64,000 nt of DNA from Bryobacterales bacterium (lineage in GTDB: Bacteria; Acidobacteriota; Terriglobia; Bryobacterales; UBA6623). Position 1 is the first letter of the stretch. Every line of letters starts with the position of its first letter. The notes below the pieces were generated by a model. That model was given only the letters and a program-made list of their open reading frames with translations. It was not told the DNA's origin and made no database searches. This document shows, one piece after another, positions 1 to 10,166 of the stretch. The DNA is taken from the NCBI GenBank assembly GCA_963422305.1, contig OY729422.1:2792436-2856435 (forward strand), given 5' to 3'. The translations under genes and the position numbers were made by a program.

Positions 1-850
1 GCAGATCCGGCGCAGCCGCTTGCATCCGGAAAGCCAATTCATAGCCTGCTATACGGTCGGCGATTTGCCGGTCGCCGGTGAGCTCCAGATTTTCTTCGTT
101 CAGCTTGCGCAGTGTGTCCAAGCTCAAGCGTTGCGCTTGCCGGGTCACTCCTTTGGGGTTCGACAAGTAGAGAATCGGGTCGCCCGACTTGCGGAAAGGC
201 ACGCCGTTGTGACTTGACTGTAGAAAACCGCTGGAAAAATTCGAGGCGCCTCCGCTAGCTCCCCGGCCCGAGCTCAATACGACGAAACCGGGAAGGTTCT
301 GTGATTCGCTTCCCAAGCCGTAGGTCAACCACGAGCCGATCGTCGGACGGCCGACCAGCGGGCTGCCGCTCATCAGCAGCGACTGCCCGGGATGATGGTT
401 CACTTGATCGCTTTGCATCGAGCGCACCAGGCAGATATCGTCGGCGATCGTTTGTAGCCGCGGCAGATAGTCGCTAATAGTCATGCCGCTTTGGCCGCAC
501 TTCGTGAAGCGGCGCGGACTCGCCAGCACCTTCGCCGTCGGTTTGATGAACGCGAGCTGCATTTCTTTGGTCATCGAAGGCGGCAGCGGCCGTCCGTGCC
601 ACTTTTCAAGGCCGGGCTTCGGATCGAAAAGATCCATTTGACTCGGAGCTCCGGCCATGAAAAGGAAGATCAGATTCTTTGCCTTCGGCGCGAAGTGCGG
701 CGGACGGGGCGCGAGTGGATTGCCGTCGGACGCTGCCGACCGTCCTTCGCCGCCTATGAGGTGCGCCAACGCGGCTGAGCATGCGCCACCGGCGCAAGCG
801 TCCAGGAAATGCCTCCTCGTCCGAATGTTCCGGTATCGTTCGAAAGTCAT
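1..850 (-). CDS. DUF1501 family protein (sulfatase/alkaline-phosphatase superfamily), partial; C-terminus lies beyond the window edge
   Basis: Absent from the ORF track because it runs off the window. My reverse-strand translation from ATG (850-848) gives MTFERYRNIRTRRHFLDACAGG (twin-arginine-like leader) ...NLIFLFMAGAPSQMDLFDPKP...GSWLTYGLGSESQNLPGFVVL. This is collinear with the complete DUF1501 ORFs at 36009-37382 and 43092-44516. It starts 7 nt after the stop of the upstream DUF1553 gene. Confidence 0.85.
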   Translation of the reverse strand, partial: MTFERYRNIRTRRHFLDACAGGACSAALAHLIGGEGRSAASDGNPLAPRPPHFAPKAKNLIFLFMAGAPSQMDLFDPKPGLEKWHGRPLPPSMTKEMQLAFIKPTAKVLASPRRFTKCGQSGMTISDYLPRLQTIADDICLVRSMQSDQVNHHPGQSLLMSGSPLVGRPTIGSWLTYGLGSESQNLPGFVVLSSGRGASGGASNFSSGFLQSSHNGVPFRKSGDPILYLSNPKGVTRQAQRLSLDTLRKLNEENLELTGDRQIADRIAGYELAFRMQAAAPDL

Positions 851-856
851 TTTGGG

Positions 857-3385
857 TCACTCGCGGGTAAGGAATTCATCGAGGTTCAAAAGGATGCGGC
901 TGATACCGACCCAGGTGGCAGCTTCGCCGGTATCGATACCGGCGAGAGTCGCCGGAAACCATGCCTTGACTATCTCCGGGTCGGCCTCGAGCAACTCTCG
1001 CTGGTTGACGAAATAGCCCAACATCTCTTCCTGCTCGCTCACGCGGGGCGACCGCGCCAAGCAAAGTTTATACGCATAGTCGAGACGCTCCTCGAATGTG
1101 TCGCCGGCGGCTTCCGTCAAAATCCGCAGCGCCAGGCCCTGAGCGATTTCCCAGAACACCGGATCGTTCAGCAGATTCAGCGCTTGCAGCGGAGTATTCG
1201 AGCGCCCGCGCGTACAGGAGGCGACATTGCGTTCGCCAAGATCGAAGTTGGCTAGAAAAGGGTACGGAGCGGTTCGCTGGTAGTGGATGTAGAGACCGCG
1301 ACGGTAGCGGTCGCTGCCCGCGCTCTCGTTCCACTTCACCGAGCCGGCATAAGCCAGCTCGGCCACGCCGGACGGCTGCGGCGGACGGACGCTCTTGCCG
1401 CCGACACGGGGATCCAGCAGTCCCGAGACGGCAAGCGCCGTATCCCGCAGGCTCTCGGCCGGCAGGCGCAATCGAACTTGGCGGGCGAGCAAACGGTTGC
1501 CCGGGTCTTTCCCGGTTAAATCCGGACGTACATTCGACGACTGGCGGTATGTAGCCGAGGTAACAATCAGACGGTGGATGCGCTTCAGGCTCCAACCCGA
1601 CTCGATGAGCTCCGACGCCAGCCAATCGAGCAGATCGGGATGACTGGGCTCTTCTCCCTGAAAGCCGAAGTTGTTCGCCGTCGATACCAGCCCGACGCCG
1701 AAGTATTCCTGCCAGATGCGGTTGACCGCGACTCTTGCTGTCAGGGGATTCTCGGTCGAGACGATCCAGCGGGCAAGATCGAGCCGGGTCGGCCTCCGGC
1801 CCACGTGTTGGAGAGGCTGCAGTGCCGAAAGCACTCCGGGGTTAATCGACTCGCCGGGCTCGTCCCATTCGCCGCGCTCGTGAACGTAGGTCCGGCGAGG
1901 TTCCCTAGATATTTCAATCACGCGCGCCCGGCTCACATCGGGAAAAGAATCCACGACGGCGTTCAGTTCCTTTACCGCCTCTCGAAACCCTGTCGCGGCA
2001 TACTCTTCCTTGCTGGTCACACGGCCGTAGTTGCGCAGAAACCATTCCGTGACGACGTAGTCGTCGCGTTCGCTGCGCTGATCGGGAGGCGTCTTCAGGA
2101 TGCGTTGACCGTTGTCGAGATAGAGGCCGATGATGTCCCAACTCGTATCCCACTGGTGCTCCACGCCGGGATTGTCGGCGGCCCAGAGCATTTTGGCCTC
2201 CCATGGCCGCTGCAACTCGCGCACTTTGTATTTCTTGTAGATTTCCGTAATCTTGGCGTCGAGTTCGGGCTTGGCCTGAAGATAGGGTCCGATTTCGCCC
2301 GGCAGCGGCGCGTCGATGTTGACTTCATTCAGTTCGTTGATAAAGGCGAAAAGCCGGTAATAGTCTTTCTGGGGGATCGGATCGAACTTATGGTCGTGGC
2401 AGCGCGCGCACTCGACCGACAGGCCCAGCCAGACCGTTGCGATCGTATTGGTGCGGTCGACGACCTCCTCGAAGCGGAACTGCTCGATATCGACGCCGCC
2501 CTCCCGATTTTTCAAGGTATTGCGGTAGAAACCGGTAGCTACGCGCTGTTCGACTGACGTGCCGGGAAGAAGGTCTCCGGCAAGTTGCTCGATCGTGAAG
2601 CGGTCGAACGGCATATCGGCGTTGAGCGCATGGATAACCCAGTGTCGATAGCGCCACGCATGCGGGCGCGCCAAGTCCTTCTCGTAGCCGTCCGAGTCTG
2701 CATAGCGCACCTGATCGAGCCAAGGGGCGGCCCAACGTTCTCCGAAGTGTTCCGAGTGGAGGAGCCGGTCGACGAGCAACTCATAGCCGCCTGCCGTTTC
2801 GGCGTCATGAGCCTCGGGAGGGAGTCCCGTCAAATCCAGGGACGCGCGGCGCAGCAAAGTGCGCGCGGGGGCTTCGGGGGATGGTTGAATGCCTTCGCGT
2901 TCCAATCGCGCCAACACGAAAGCGTCGATCGGATTCCGCGGCCAATCCTTATTGCGCACCTGCGGCGCGGCCGGCCGGCGATTGGGACGGAAAGCCCAGT
3001 GGCTGCTTTGGGGCCGAGCCGTGATTTCCGCTGTGGACTCCCACTTCGCGCCCTGGTTGATCCATTGTCTGAACAATTCGACCTGCTCACGCGGCAGCGG
3101 CCGGCCGGGCGGCATCTGTTGCAAGTTGTCGAGGCCGGCGAGTCGTTTCATCAACAAGCTTTGGACGCCGCGGCCCGGCTCGATCGCCGGACCGGACTTG
3201 CCGCCGTTCATCGCATCTTCCCGACGGTCGAGCCTCAGACCGTTTTGCTGTAATGCGGGTCCGTGACACAGCGTGCAATTCCGCGTGAGAATCGGCTCGA
3301 TGTCTTTTGCGAATGACACTTCATCTCGGGCGGCTGCCGGCGCTGACGAAACGAGCAGACACAACCAGAGCCCCTGGAGCTTCAT
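857..3385 (-). CDS. PSCyt1 (CxxCH) / DUF1549 / DUF1553 multidomain protein, secreted
   Basis: 842-aa ORF with a signal peptide (MKLQGLWLCLLVSSAPAAA). N-terminal CTLCHG cytochrome-c-like motif, RRASLDLTGLPP (DUF1549), CARCHDHKFDPIPQKDYY signature and a DUF1553-like C-terminus. Paralogous to 44532-47684. Confidence 0.9.
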   Translation of the reverse strand: MKLQGLWLCLLVSSAPAAARDEVSFAKDIEPILTRNCTLCHGPALQQNGLRLDRREDAMNGGKSGPAIEPGRGVQSLLMKRLAGLDNLQQMPPGRPLPREQVELFRQWINQGAKWESTAEITARPQSSHWAFRPNRRPAAPQVRNKDWPRNPIDAFVLARLEREGIQPSPEAPARTLLRRASLDLTGLPPEAHDAETAGGYELLVDRLLHSEHFGERWAAPWLDQVRYADSDGYEKDLARPHAWRYRHWVIHALNADMPFDRFTIEQLAGDLLPGTSVEQRVATGFYRNTLKNREGGVDIEQFRFEEVVDRTNTIATVWLGLSVECARCHDHKFDPIPQKDYYRLFAFINELNEVNIDAPLPGEIGPYLQAKPELDAKITEIYKKYKVRELQRPWEAKMLWAADNPGVEHQWDTSWDIIGLYLDNGQRILKTPPDQRSERDDYVVTEWFLRNYGRVTSKEEYAATGFREAVKELNAVVDSFPDVSRARVIEISREPRRTYVHERGEWDEPGESINPGVLSALQPLQHVGRRPTRLDLARWIVSTENPLTARVAVNRIWQEYFGVGLVSTANNFGFQGEEPSHPDLLDWLASELIESGWSLKRIHRLIVTSATYRQSSNVRPDLTGKDPGNRLLARQVRLRLPAESLRDTALAVSGLLDPRVGGKSVRPPQPSGVAELAYAGSVKWNESAGSDRYRRGLYIHYQRTAPYPFLANFDLGERNVASCTRGRSNTPLQALNLLNDPVFWEIAQGLALRILTEAAGDTFEERLDYAYKLCLARSPRVSEQEEMLGYFVNQRELLEADPEIVKAWFPATLAGIDTGEAATWVGISRILLNLDEFLTRE

Positions 3386-4866
3386 ATGCGCCTCGTTGCT
3401 TCGATCTCGTTCATGCGGCGGCGCAGAGCCCGGTCAAGCCGCTCGACGGCCTTCCGCGCTTTCGGTCGAGGGTCGTCTATCAGATTGCGATGTTCTCCCG
3501 GATCGCTGCTCAAATGATAGAGCTCGTCCATACCCTCTCTGCTGTCCCGCACGAGCTTCCATTCCGGGGTGCGCCACATACGTTGGTCCGCCGCCTCGAC
3601 GTGTTTCTGGTTGTACTCGGCGTAGAACGCTGTTCGCCACTTAGTGCGTTTTTGCTCGAGCAACGGCAGAAAGTTCTTTCCGCGGATCAGTATCTCATCC
3701 GGCAATGCCGCGTCCGCCATGGCCAACAGCGTCGGAAACCAATCGATATTCAGCACGACCTCATCGACTCTCAGCCCCGCGCTCAGGCGTTTCGGCCAGC
3801 GAACGACCGCCGGCGTCCGCAAGGAGTGGTCATACATGTTGGCGCGCGGACCTCGATTGTCGGTCAGCAGCCAACGTCCGTTGCCCTTGTGCCAGAGTCC
3901 GTGATGGCTCAGATTATAGCCGTGATCGCTGCTGAAGACGACGACCGTGTTGTCCGCCATGCCCGTCTTATCGAGAGCATTCAGGATGCGGCCTACATTG
4001 CGGTCAACGCTCGCGACCGCCGCGAGGTATTCGCGCATCATGCGCTTGGCCCGCGCAATGTCCAGCTTGGGGTAGTCGGCCTGAGGCAGTATCGGGTCGA
4101 GGCCTCGGAACGGCTTCCAATCCGCATCGCTCAACGGCAGCCAGGTTCGGTCGCCGTCGGGCGTTCTGTTCGCGGTATTGGCGTGCGGCGCCCAATAATG
4201 AATGTTGACAAGAAAGGGACGTTTTCCATCTTGCGCCTGAATAAACCGAATTGCCTCGTTCGTCAGGATGTCGGGCGTGTATCCGCGAACGACGTTGATC
4301 TCTCCGGCGGATTCGACCTTGGGGTCTTTCGAAATCCCCGCTCCGTTACGAAAGCCATAAAACCGGTCGTAGCCGTTTCGGGTGGGCAGATACTTATCGA
4401 GAACCCCGAGATGCCACTTGCCTATGAACAACGTTTTATAGCCGTCGGCCTGCAATATCTTCGGCCACGTCGGAATCGTTGGGTCGAGGCCGTTATCGGG
4501 TTCGGCGTCCGGATTGAGATAATCGGTGATCCCGATATCGGTACCGTAGCGGCCCGTCATCAAGCCCGCCCGCGACGGGCTGCAAACCGGGGTTGTCGTG
4601 AAAGCATTGGTAAGCCCCGCGCCTTCCCTGTAGAGGCGGTCGATGTTCGGCGTGTGCGCTTGGCCGTTGCCCAAGGCGCCGATGCTCCAGGCGGCCTGAT
4701 CGTCGGCGTATAGAAAGACGATGTTCGGCCGCGAGACGGCCGCTCCTGCCGGAGCAACGCTCAGCAACGCAAGGCATAGACGGCGCTTCGCAGACAACTG
4801 TCCCCATTGTACGACAGAAGCGGTTAACTTGAAACCGAAACCAGAGATATTGAAATACGGTTTCAT
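3382..4866 (-). CDS. Sulfatase (formylglycine-dependent, arylsulfatase family)
   Basis: 494-aa ORF. NIVFLYADD plus the sulfatase signature PVCSPSRAGLMTGRY (C-x-P-x-R). The stop overlaps the start of the downstream gene by 4 nt (ATGA). Confidence 0.9.
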   Translation of the reverse strand: MKPYFNISGFGFKLTASVVQWGQLSAKRRLCLALLSVAPAGAAVSRPNIVFLYADDQAAWSIGALGNGQAHTPNIDRLYREGAGLTNAFTTTPVCSPSRAGLMTGRYGTDIGITDYLNPDAEPDNGLDPTIPTWPKILQADGYKTLFIGKWHLGVLDKYLPTRNGYDRFYGFRNGAGISKDPKVESAGEINVVRGYTPDILTNEAIRFIQAQDGKRPFLVNIHYWAPHANTANRTPDGDRTWLPLSDADWKPFRGLDPILPQADYPKLDIARAKRMMREYLAAVASVDRNVGRILNALDKTGMADNTVVVFSSDHGYNLSHHGLWHKGNGRWLLTDNRGPRANMYDHSLRTPAVVRWPKRLSAGLRVDEVVLNIDWFPTLLAMADAALPDEILIRGKNFLPLLEQKRTKWRTAFYAEYNQKHVEAADQRMWRTPEWKLVRDSREGMDELYHLSSDPGEHRNLIDDPRPKARKAVERLDRALRRRMNEIEATRRI

Positions 4867-4872
4867 ATATTG

Positions 4873-6783
4873 TTATTGCCGGTCCCGGTCTCGCTGAAAC
4901 TCCGCAAGAGCCTTTTTTGCAAGGGCGGCCGCTTGCGGGTAGCTGCCGGCGGCAGCCGCTTGGTAGTGCCGGAGCGCGGCCTCCGTGTCGCCGGCCGCTT
5001 TGTATAGCCCGGCGAGATTATAATGCACGGTTCCGATCCCGGGTTCGATTTCGAGCGCCTTTTCATAGATTGCCGCCGCTTCATCGAAGCGGCGGAGGGA
5101 CACGAGAACCGCGCCGAGATTACCGTAGGCGTCGGCATACCGAGGATCGACCCTGATGGCGGCCTGGAGCTGCCGCTCGGCCCTTTCCACCTCGCCCTTG
5201 TTGGCTAGCGCGACGGCAAGATTATTGTATGACGGGCCGTGGCCGGGGTCCGCCCGGATCGCCTTGCGGTAGTAGGCGACGGCGTTCTCGGCGTCTCCCT
5301 TGAGATTCCAGGCCACTCCAAGGTTGTGAAGAATGAAAACGGACGGCGGCGATTTGGCCGCCGCCGCCGTTTCGAAGTGCTCGACGGCTTGGTCGACTTG
5401 ACCGGACTGCAAGTATCGATATCCGAGGTCGATGCGTCTTGGCAGATCGCCCGGGTCGACTTCGAGTTGTTTCCTGAGCCCGGCGATTTGCGCCGCAACT
5501 TCCTTCGTCTGAAATTTCTCAGCCAGAATTTCGCGGTCGGCGGCTGTTTCAGGCATCACCTGAAGCCATAGATCGCCCATCTCCTGAGAGGTCTTCCAGC
5601 CATAGGTCACGCGCTCGGGTGGACGGCTCGGGTTTCGGTGGTTGTTGGCGGAGTTGTCGTAATGAAAGCGTGTGAACAGTATGCTTCCCTTGGGCAAGAA
5701 CACCGGTTGCTTGTAGCGGTATTCATCCTGCCAGTCGAAGCTCCATTCGTCGATTTGCAACAGGGGCTGCCGGGACCCGTCGGGCAGCTTGGCCCATGCC
5801 TCGATCGATTTGGCGAGATAGTGGGCGTGGGCGTAAACGTTCAGTGCCTCGACATCGACGGGCAAAACGAAAGAGTCCTCCGTCCGATAGTTCTCCTCGC
5901 CGCCCGGGATGTCGATCGTGTTTTTTCCCAACCTCAGGATGAAAGGCTTGCGGGACGGTGCTTGGTCGGTGAAATAGAGCCCCAGCGATGCCCGGATCGT
6001 TTCCGGCTTGCCGGTCGGAACCATATGCAGCTCGATCACCAGGTCCGTCCCGGGATCCAACGTCCAGGCCATGTCCAGCGGACGGAGAGCCGGTTGCTTG
6101 CCCGGCGTCCAACCGATCCAGTGCCCCTCGGGATCGAACACGGCGTCGAGCGCCATACCGCCGTCGAACCCCGGCCCGCCGGTTAACGCATCTTGCGCCC
6201 GCGAGCGCCCGGAGCGGTCCAGTAGCATCCGTGCGTGGTGTACCAGACGGGCATTTCCGGGCCGAAATTCGAATCCGCGCACAAAGCGGCACTTTTCAAC
6301 TGGGATGGGGATCACGAAGTTGTGGAAAACGTCGGGGCCGTCGGCCGGAACGGGAAACGCTTCGGTCATTTCGACGATGAGATCGGGCGCGCCGAGTTGC
6401 CAGCCCGCGGGCCAAGCCGGTTGAGGCGGCAACTCGGCTGGGTCGCCTTCCGGTAGGCCGCCGTCGAGCCATTCGAGAAGAGTCCGGCGCTCCGCAGGCG
6501 TCAAGCTGCGATCGCCTTCGAACTCGCCGTGTCCCGCCGCAGGCGGCCAAGGCGGCATGTAGCCGCTGCGTACAACGGTCTGGATGGACTTCGACCGTTT
6601 GACGACGTTCCGATAGCTCAGCAGTGGGAACGGGCCGGCCTCGCCGGGTCTGTGGCAGCCGGCACAGCGGTTCCAGACGATGCGCGCAATGTCTCGGTTG
6701 AATGTTGGCGCGACGGCCGCCGACTGTGCCGCGAGCGATAAGGCTGCAAGCGAGAAACCGGCGCAAAAGCCTTTCACAGCCAT
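4873..6783 (-). CDS. Secreted fusion protein: CxxCH haem-binding-like module + PHM/DBH-like copper monooxygenase fold + C-terminal TPR repeats
   Basis: 636-aa ORF with a signal peptide and CAGCHRPGEAGPF. His/Met pattern matches copper type II ascorbate-dependent monooxygenases: LVHHARMLL, IELHMVP, YAHAHYLAKS, SQEMGDLW. The C-terminal roughly 200 aa are TPR-like (AVEHFETAAAA..., YYRKAIRADPGH, IYEKALEIEPG). Confidence 0.75.
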   Translation of the reverse strand: MAVKGFCAGFSLAALSLAAQSAAVAPTFNRDIARIVWNRCAGCHRPGEAGPFPLLSYRNVVKRSKSIQTVVRSGYMPPWPPAAGHGEFEGDRSLTPAERRTLLEWLDGGLPEGDPAELPPQPAWPAGWQLGAPDLIVEMTEAFPVPADGPDVFHNFVIPIPVEKCRFVRGFEFRPGNARLVHHARMLLDRSGRSRAQDALTGGPGFDGGMALDAVFDPEGHWIGWTPGKQPALRPLDMAWTLDPGTDLVIELHMVPTGKPETIRASLGLYFTDQAPSRKPFILRLGKNTIDIPGGEENYRTEDSFVLPVDVEALNVYAHAHYLAKSIEAWAKLPDGSRQPLLQIDEWSFDWQDEYRYKQPVFLPKGSILFTRFHYDNSANNHRNPSRPPERVTYGWKTSQEMGDLWLQVMPETAADREILAEKFQTKEVAAQIAGLRKQLEVDPGDLPRRIDLGYRYLQSGQVDQAVEHFETAAAAKSPPSVFILHNLGVAWNLKGDAENAVAYYRKAIRADPGHGPSYNNLAVALANKGEVERAERQLQAAIRVDPRYADAYGNLGAVLVSLRRFDEAAAIYEKALEIEPGIGTVHYNLAGLYKAAGDTEAALRHYQAAAAGSYPQAAALAKKALAEFQRDRDRQ

Positions 6784-6901
6784 AATTCTAGCTTGGGATT
6801 CTCATTACGCGATCAGGGATGCTCGGCTTCTTAGCCTCAATGAAAACGGCCGACCCGGTTGTGGGCCGACCGTTCTGCGCCTCGAAGAATTTTGGTGAAA
6901 A

Positions 6902-9900
6902 CTAGAATTCGAACCTCAGGCTGAATTGTGTTTCGCGGCCCGGTCTGGTGGACGTGACGCGCCCGAAGCCTCCGCGGATGGTGTCGGAGCCTCCGCCGCG
7001 CGTATTCGTATCGACGCCGCCAAAATTGGTGTGATTCAGGGCGTTGAACAAATCAACCCTGAGCTGCACTCTCATGCCTTCTTCGTTGAGTTTGAGACTC
7101 TTGGAGAGGGACATGTTGACCGTCCATGCGCCGGGACCGTAAATCGAACGCCGCCCCATCGTACCCGGTCGAATCGTTCGATTGCCGCGCGCATTGCGCG
7201 GGACGTTCTGAAACGCATCCGGGTTCAGGTATTGGTATTGGCCGTTCGTCGATGTGCGGTTATCGCTGCGCACCGCCTCCGCGTGGCTGCCGCCGATGAA
7301 GTCGGGGCGCGCGCCCGGCCCGCTGGCGCCTTGATAAATGCGCAGCGGATTGCCGGTCGCAGCGGTCAACAGGCCGCCGATCTGCCAACCTTCGACGAGC
7401 AGGCGCCGCGCCGCGCCGCCGCGGCCCTTGAATGGCAGCTCATAGATCCAATCAGTCACGAAGCGGTGCCGGATATGGAACGGCGTCGGTGCATGATTGA
7501 GCTTCAGATTGGTCAGATTCTGGGGCTCTTCGCCTCCGCCGCAGCATGTATAGTCGCCTCGGAAATACGAGGTGTTGCTGCCGTAGGTGTAGTTGAAGTT
7601 CGCCTGCAGGTTGGCTGAGAGCCTTTTCTTCAACGACGTTTGCAGGCTGTGATAGTCGCTGTTGTCGGCGCTCTGGTAGTAGCGGAACTGGCGGGCGAAG
7701 TTGGCTACCGGGAGTTGTCCCGTCTGTCGGTCATTGCGGTTGAAGCCGGGGCTGTAGATGAGCTTCACGCCTCGGTTGCCGACATACGCGATGTCGAAAA
7801 CCAGAGTGTCCGTCAACTGCCGTTGAATGCCATAAGACCATTGCAGGCTGTAGGAGTTTTCCCAATTCGGGTCAACAGCCGAACCGGTGACGATATCGCT
7901 GGCGGCGACCAAGGGTAGGACCTGTTCGCGCGTCGCCCCGTAGTTGACCCCGAATTGCTGCAGTTGCGAACGGTCGAGACTCGCCTGCGTCGGGGTTGTC
8001 AGGTCGTTTCGGACCAACTCGACCGGGCCCGAGAACAGATTGAACGGGATGTAGAACACGCCGAAGCCGCCTCGTATCACGGTCTTGTCGTTAAGCGAGT
8101 AGGCGAAACCGAACCTCGGCGAGAACATGTTGAAATGTTCTTTCCAAACGTCATCTGAAGACAGGAAGGGGCCAAACGGGCCGTCGCGGTTGAAGAAGCG
8201 CTCGTCGCGCTCGACCGGAACGGTTCCGTAGTCCCAGCGCAGGCCGAGATTGACCGTCAGCCTCTTGGATATGCGGATGTCGTCTTGCACGAACAGGCCG
8301 AAGAAATTCCGGCGGATTTCAAACTCGCTCAAACCGAAATTGAAGAACGCCGACTCCGGGTTGTTGGCCAGTGCATCTTCCAGAGTGTTGTATGAAAACC
8401 GAGGAGTGTCGTTCAGGACGCGGCGGGCGAAGTGAACGCGGAAAAGACCGCCGAACTTCAGAGAGTGCCTACCGCTGGTCTTGGCGAAGTTTTGCTCGAA
8501 GGTAGTAGTGGAGCCGGTTTTGGAAAACTGCCGGGCCTGTCCGGCGTCGGGCAGGCCCGCGCCCAATACTTTGGCAACGTTTAACGTCAGCAGTTGATCG
8601 ATGCGGTCCATATCCGAGCGGTTATAGCCGAAACGCGACTCAGTCGTCATGGTGGGGCTGAGCACGCGGTTGAAGGTGGCGGCCACGTTCTCGTTCAGGC
8701 CGTCGTGTAAGCGGGGATTCCCCTTGGCCAGCCTGGGCGTGAGCTGCAAGGGGCGGCCTCGCGTGTAGCGAACTGTCAACAGGGAATTGGCGTCCACCTG
8801 GTAGTCGCCGCGGAGAACTAGGTGGTTGTCTTCGTTCTGCTTCGCTCCGGAGCCGCTGAAGAAAGCGCGCGCGTCGTCGGGGTTCACTGGATTTTCGGTC
8901 GGCAGATACCAAGCGTCCCAATAGGTCTTCGATTCCGGAATGGCCCGCGTGATTTCCTCGCGGAACTTCAGCGACGGCACGAATCCGGTCAGAGGTCTTT
9001 GCTCATTGAGACGGTAACCCTCGAATGCTCCGAACAGGAAGACCTTGTTCTTCACGAGCGGGCCGCCGAGCGAGCCTCCGTACTGGTGGTACACCCTGGA
9101 GGTCTTGCGCGCCAGGATATGGTTGTTCGCATTCAGACCGCCGGATTGATACTGCTCGAATAAGCTGCCGTGCAGGTCGTTCGTTCCGCCTTTGGTGATG
9201 ATGTTGAAATTGCCGGCGACGGTCTGTCCGATTTCGGCTGAGAAGATGTTCTTCGATATCTCGACTTCTTGCACGGCTTCCAAGCTGACGCCCTTGATGA
9301 AATTGAAATTCTGATAGAGCGAAATCGACGGGAATTCGGAATCGGGAGCGGCGTCCACGCCGTCCACGGAGAACGAGAAGCCGCGTGGCGGAAGGCCGTT
9401 GATCGATACCGTCGTTCCATTCCCGTCGGACAAGCCTGTGCCGTTCTGCAGGATTCCTGTGATATCACGGCGCAAAAGCGGGAGCTCGTGAACCTGGTCG
9501 CTGTTGAGGTTGATGTCTTGCTCGGCGCTGACCGTGTTGAGCAGCGGCGCTTCTGCGGAAACATTCACCGTCTCGGTCGTCACGCCGAGTTCGAGCGTGA
9601 AGGCGACATTCGCCTTTTGGCCCGAAGACAACTGCAAGCCCGTTTGTTCATAGCTTTTAAAGCCTTCTGAAGAAACCAATGCCGTATAACTGCCGACCGT
9701 AACAAACGGTATGGTCACCTCGCCGCGTTCATTGCTGACGGCCTCTTTTGTAAAGCCGGTATTGTCGTTCACTAGAGTAACCCGGGCGCCCGGGATCACC
9801 GCGCCGGACGGGTCTTCGACACGCCCGTAGAGCGTGGCGGTTGTGACTTGCGCGAAGCTCGGTGCAACCAACGCCGGCGCCGTCAGCGCGATGAACGCGG

Positions 9901-9934
9901 TCCATAAAAAACCGCGCGACATGATGTCTTTCAT
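6902..9934 (-). CDS. TonB-dependent outer-membrane receptor with N-terminal carboxypeptidase-regulatory-like domain
   Basis: The ORF runs 6902-10006. I prefer the internal ATG at 9934 (MKDIMSRGFLWTAFIALTAPALVAPSFAQ signal peptide), which is preceded by AAGGAGAG 6 nt upstream. TATLYGRVEDPSGAVIPGARVTL is CarboxypepD_reg-like. Long beta-rich body ending in ...FSLRFEF (terminal aromatic, as in OM barrels). Confidence 0.85.
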   Translation of the reverse strand: MKDIMSRGFLWTAFIALTAPALVAPSFAQVTTATLYGRVEDPSGAVIPGARVTLVNDNTGFTKEAVSNERGEVTIPFVTVGSYTALVSSEGFKSYEQTGLQLSSGQKANVAFTLELGVTTETVNVSAEAPLLNTVSAEQDINLNSDQVHELPLLRRDITGILQNGTGLSDGNGTTVSINGLPPRGFSFSVDGVDAAPDSEFPSISLYQNFNFIKGVSLEAVQEVEISKNIFSAEIGQTVAGNFNIITKGGTNDLHGSLFEQYQSGGLNANNHILARKTSRVYHQYGGSLGGPLVKNKVFLFGAFEGYRLNEQRPLTGFVPSLKFREEITRAIPESKTYWDAWYLPTENPVNPDDARAFFSGSGAKQNEDNHLVLRGDYQVDANSLLTVRYTRGRPLQLTPRLAKGNPRLHDGLNENVAATFNRVLSPTMTTESRFGYNRSDMDRIDQLLTLNVAKVLGAGLPDAGQARQFSKTGSTTTFEQNFAKTSGRHSLKFGGLFRVHFARRVLNDTPRFSYNTLEDALANNPESAFFNFGLSEFEIRRNFFGLFVQDDIRISKRLTVNLGLRWDYGTVPVERDERFFNRDGPFGPFLSSDDVWKEHFNMFSPRFGFAYSLNDKTVIRGGFGVFYIPFNLFSGPVELVRNDLTTPTQASLDRSQLQQFGVNYGATREQVLPLVAASDIVTGSAVDPNWENSYSLQWSYGIQRQLTDTLVFDIAYVGNRGVKLIYSPGFNRNDRQTGQLPVANFARQFRYYQSADNSDYHSLQTSLKKRLSANLQANFNYTYGSNTSYFRGDYTCCGGGEEPQNLTNLKLNHAPTPFHIRHRFVTDWIYELPFKGRGGAARRLLVEGWQIGGLLTAATGNPLRIYQGASGPGARPDFIGGSHAEAVRSDNRTSTNGQYQYLNPDAFQNVPRNARGNRTIRPGTMGRRSIYGPGAWTVNMSLSKSLKLNEEGMRVQLRVDLFNALNHTNFGGVDTNTRGGGSDTIRGGFGRVTSTRPGRETQFSLRFEF

Positions 9935-10063
9935 TTCGACTTCTCTCCTTATTCGAGTGGGTTCAAGGTTTGCAGATTTGCTCCTCATCAGAGATCTGCG
10001 AGTCAATGTGACCTAAAATAGACTTGTATCGAAAAGATAACCTCTGTATCGAATGGATGTCAA

Positions 10064-10091
10064 GAAAATATGAAACCGGTTTCATATTTTC
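10064..10091. promoter_or_regulatory. Perfect 28-bp palindrome GAAAATATGAAACC/GGTTTCATATTTTC in the divergent TBDR-IclR intergenic region; probable operator
   Basis: Read directly from the sequence. AT-rich in a GC-rich genome. It sits between two divergently transcribed genes, one of which encodes an IclR regulator. Confidence 0.55.
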
Positions 10092-10166
10092 TTAAAACCG
10101 ACCTTGGCGGAGCATGGTGCGCTCTGTGTTCTCATAAAGAAAGGGGATGCGCGGCGAAGCAGTTCG

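Noticed and set aside
1574-2557. Long ORFs antisense to or overlapping well-supported genes: 1574-2557+, 3307-4713+, 12041-13021-, 15321-16553-, 17419-19206-, 31903-33513-, 35766-36749+, 37853-38992+, 38139-39302-, 40649-41914-, 45396-46397+, 46479-47840+, 48797-50281+, 53855-55876- and 62376-63329+.
   Set aside because: These are typical high-GC shadow ORFs. Their translations are Arg/Pro/Gly/Ala-rich and lack motifs, and each is fully covered by an opposite- or alternative-frame gene with clear family signatures.
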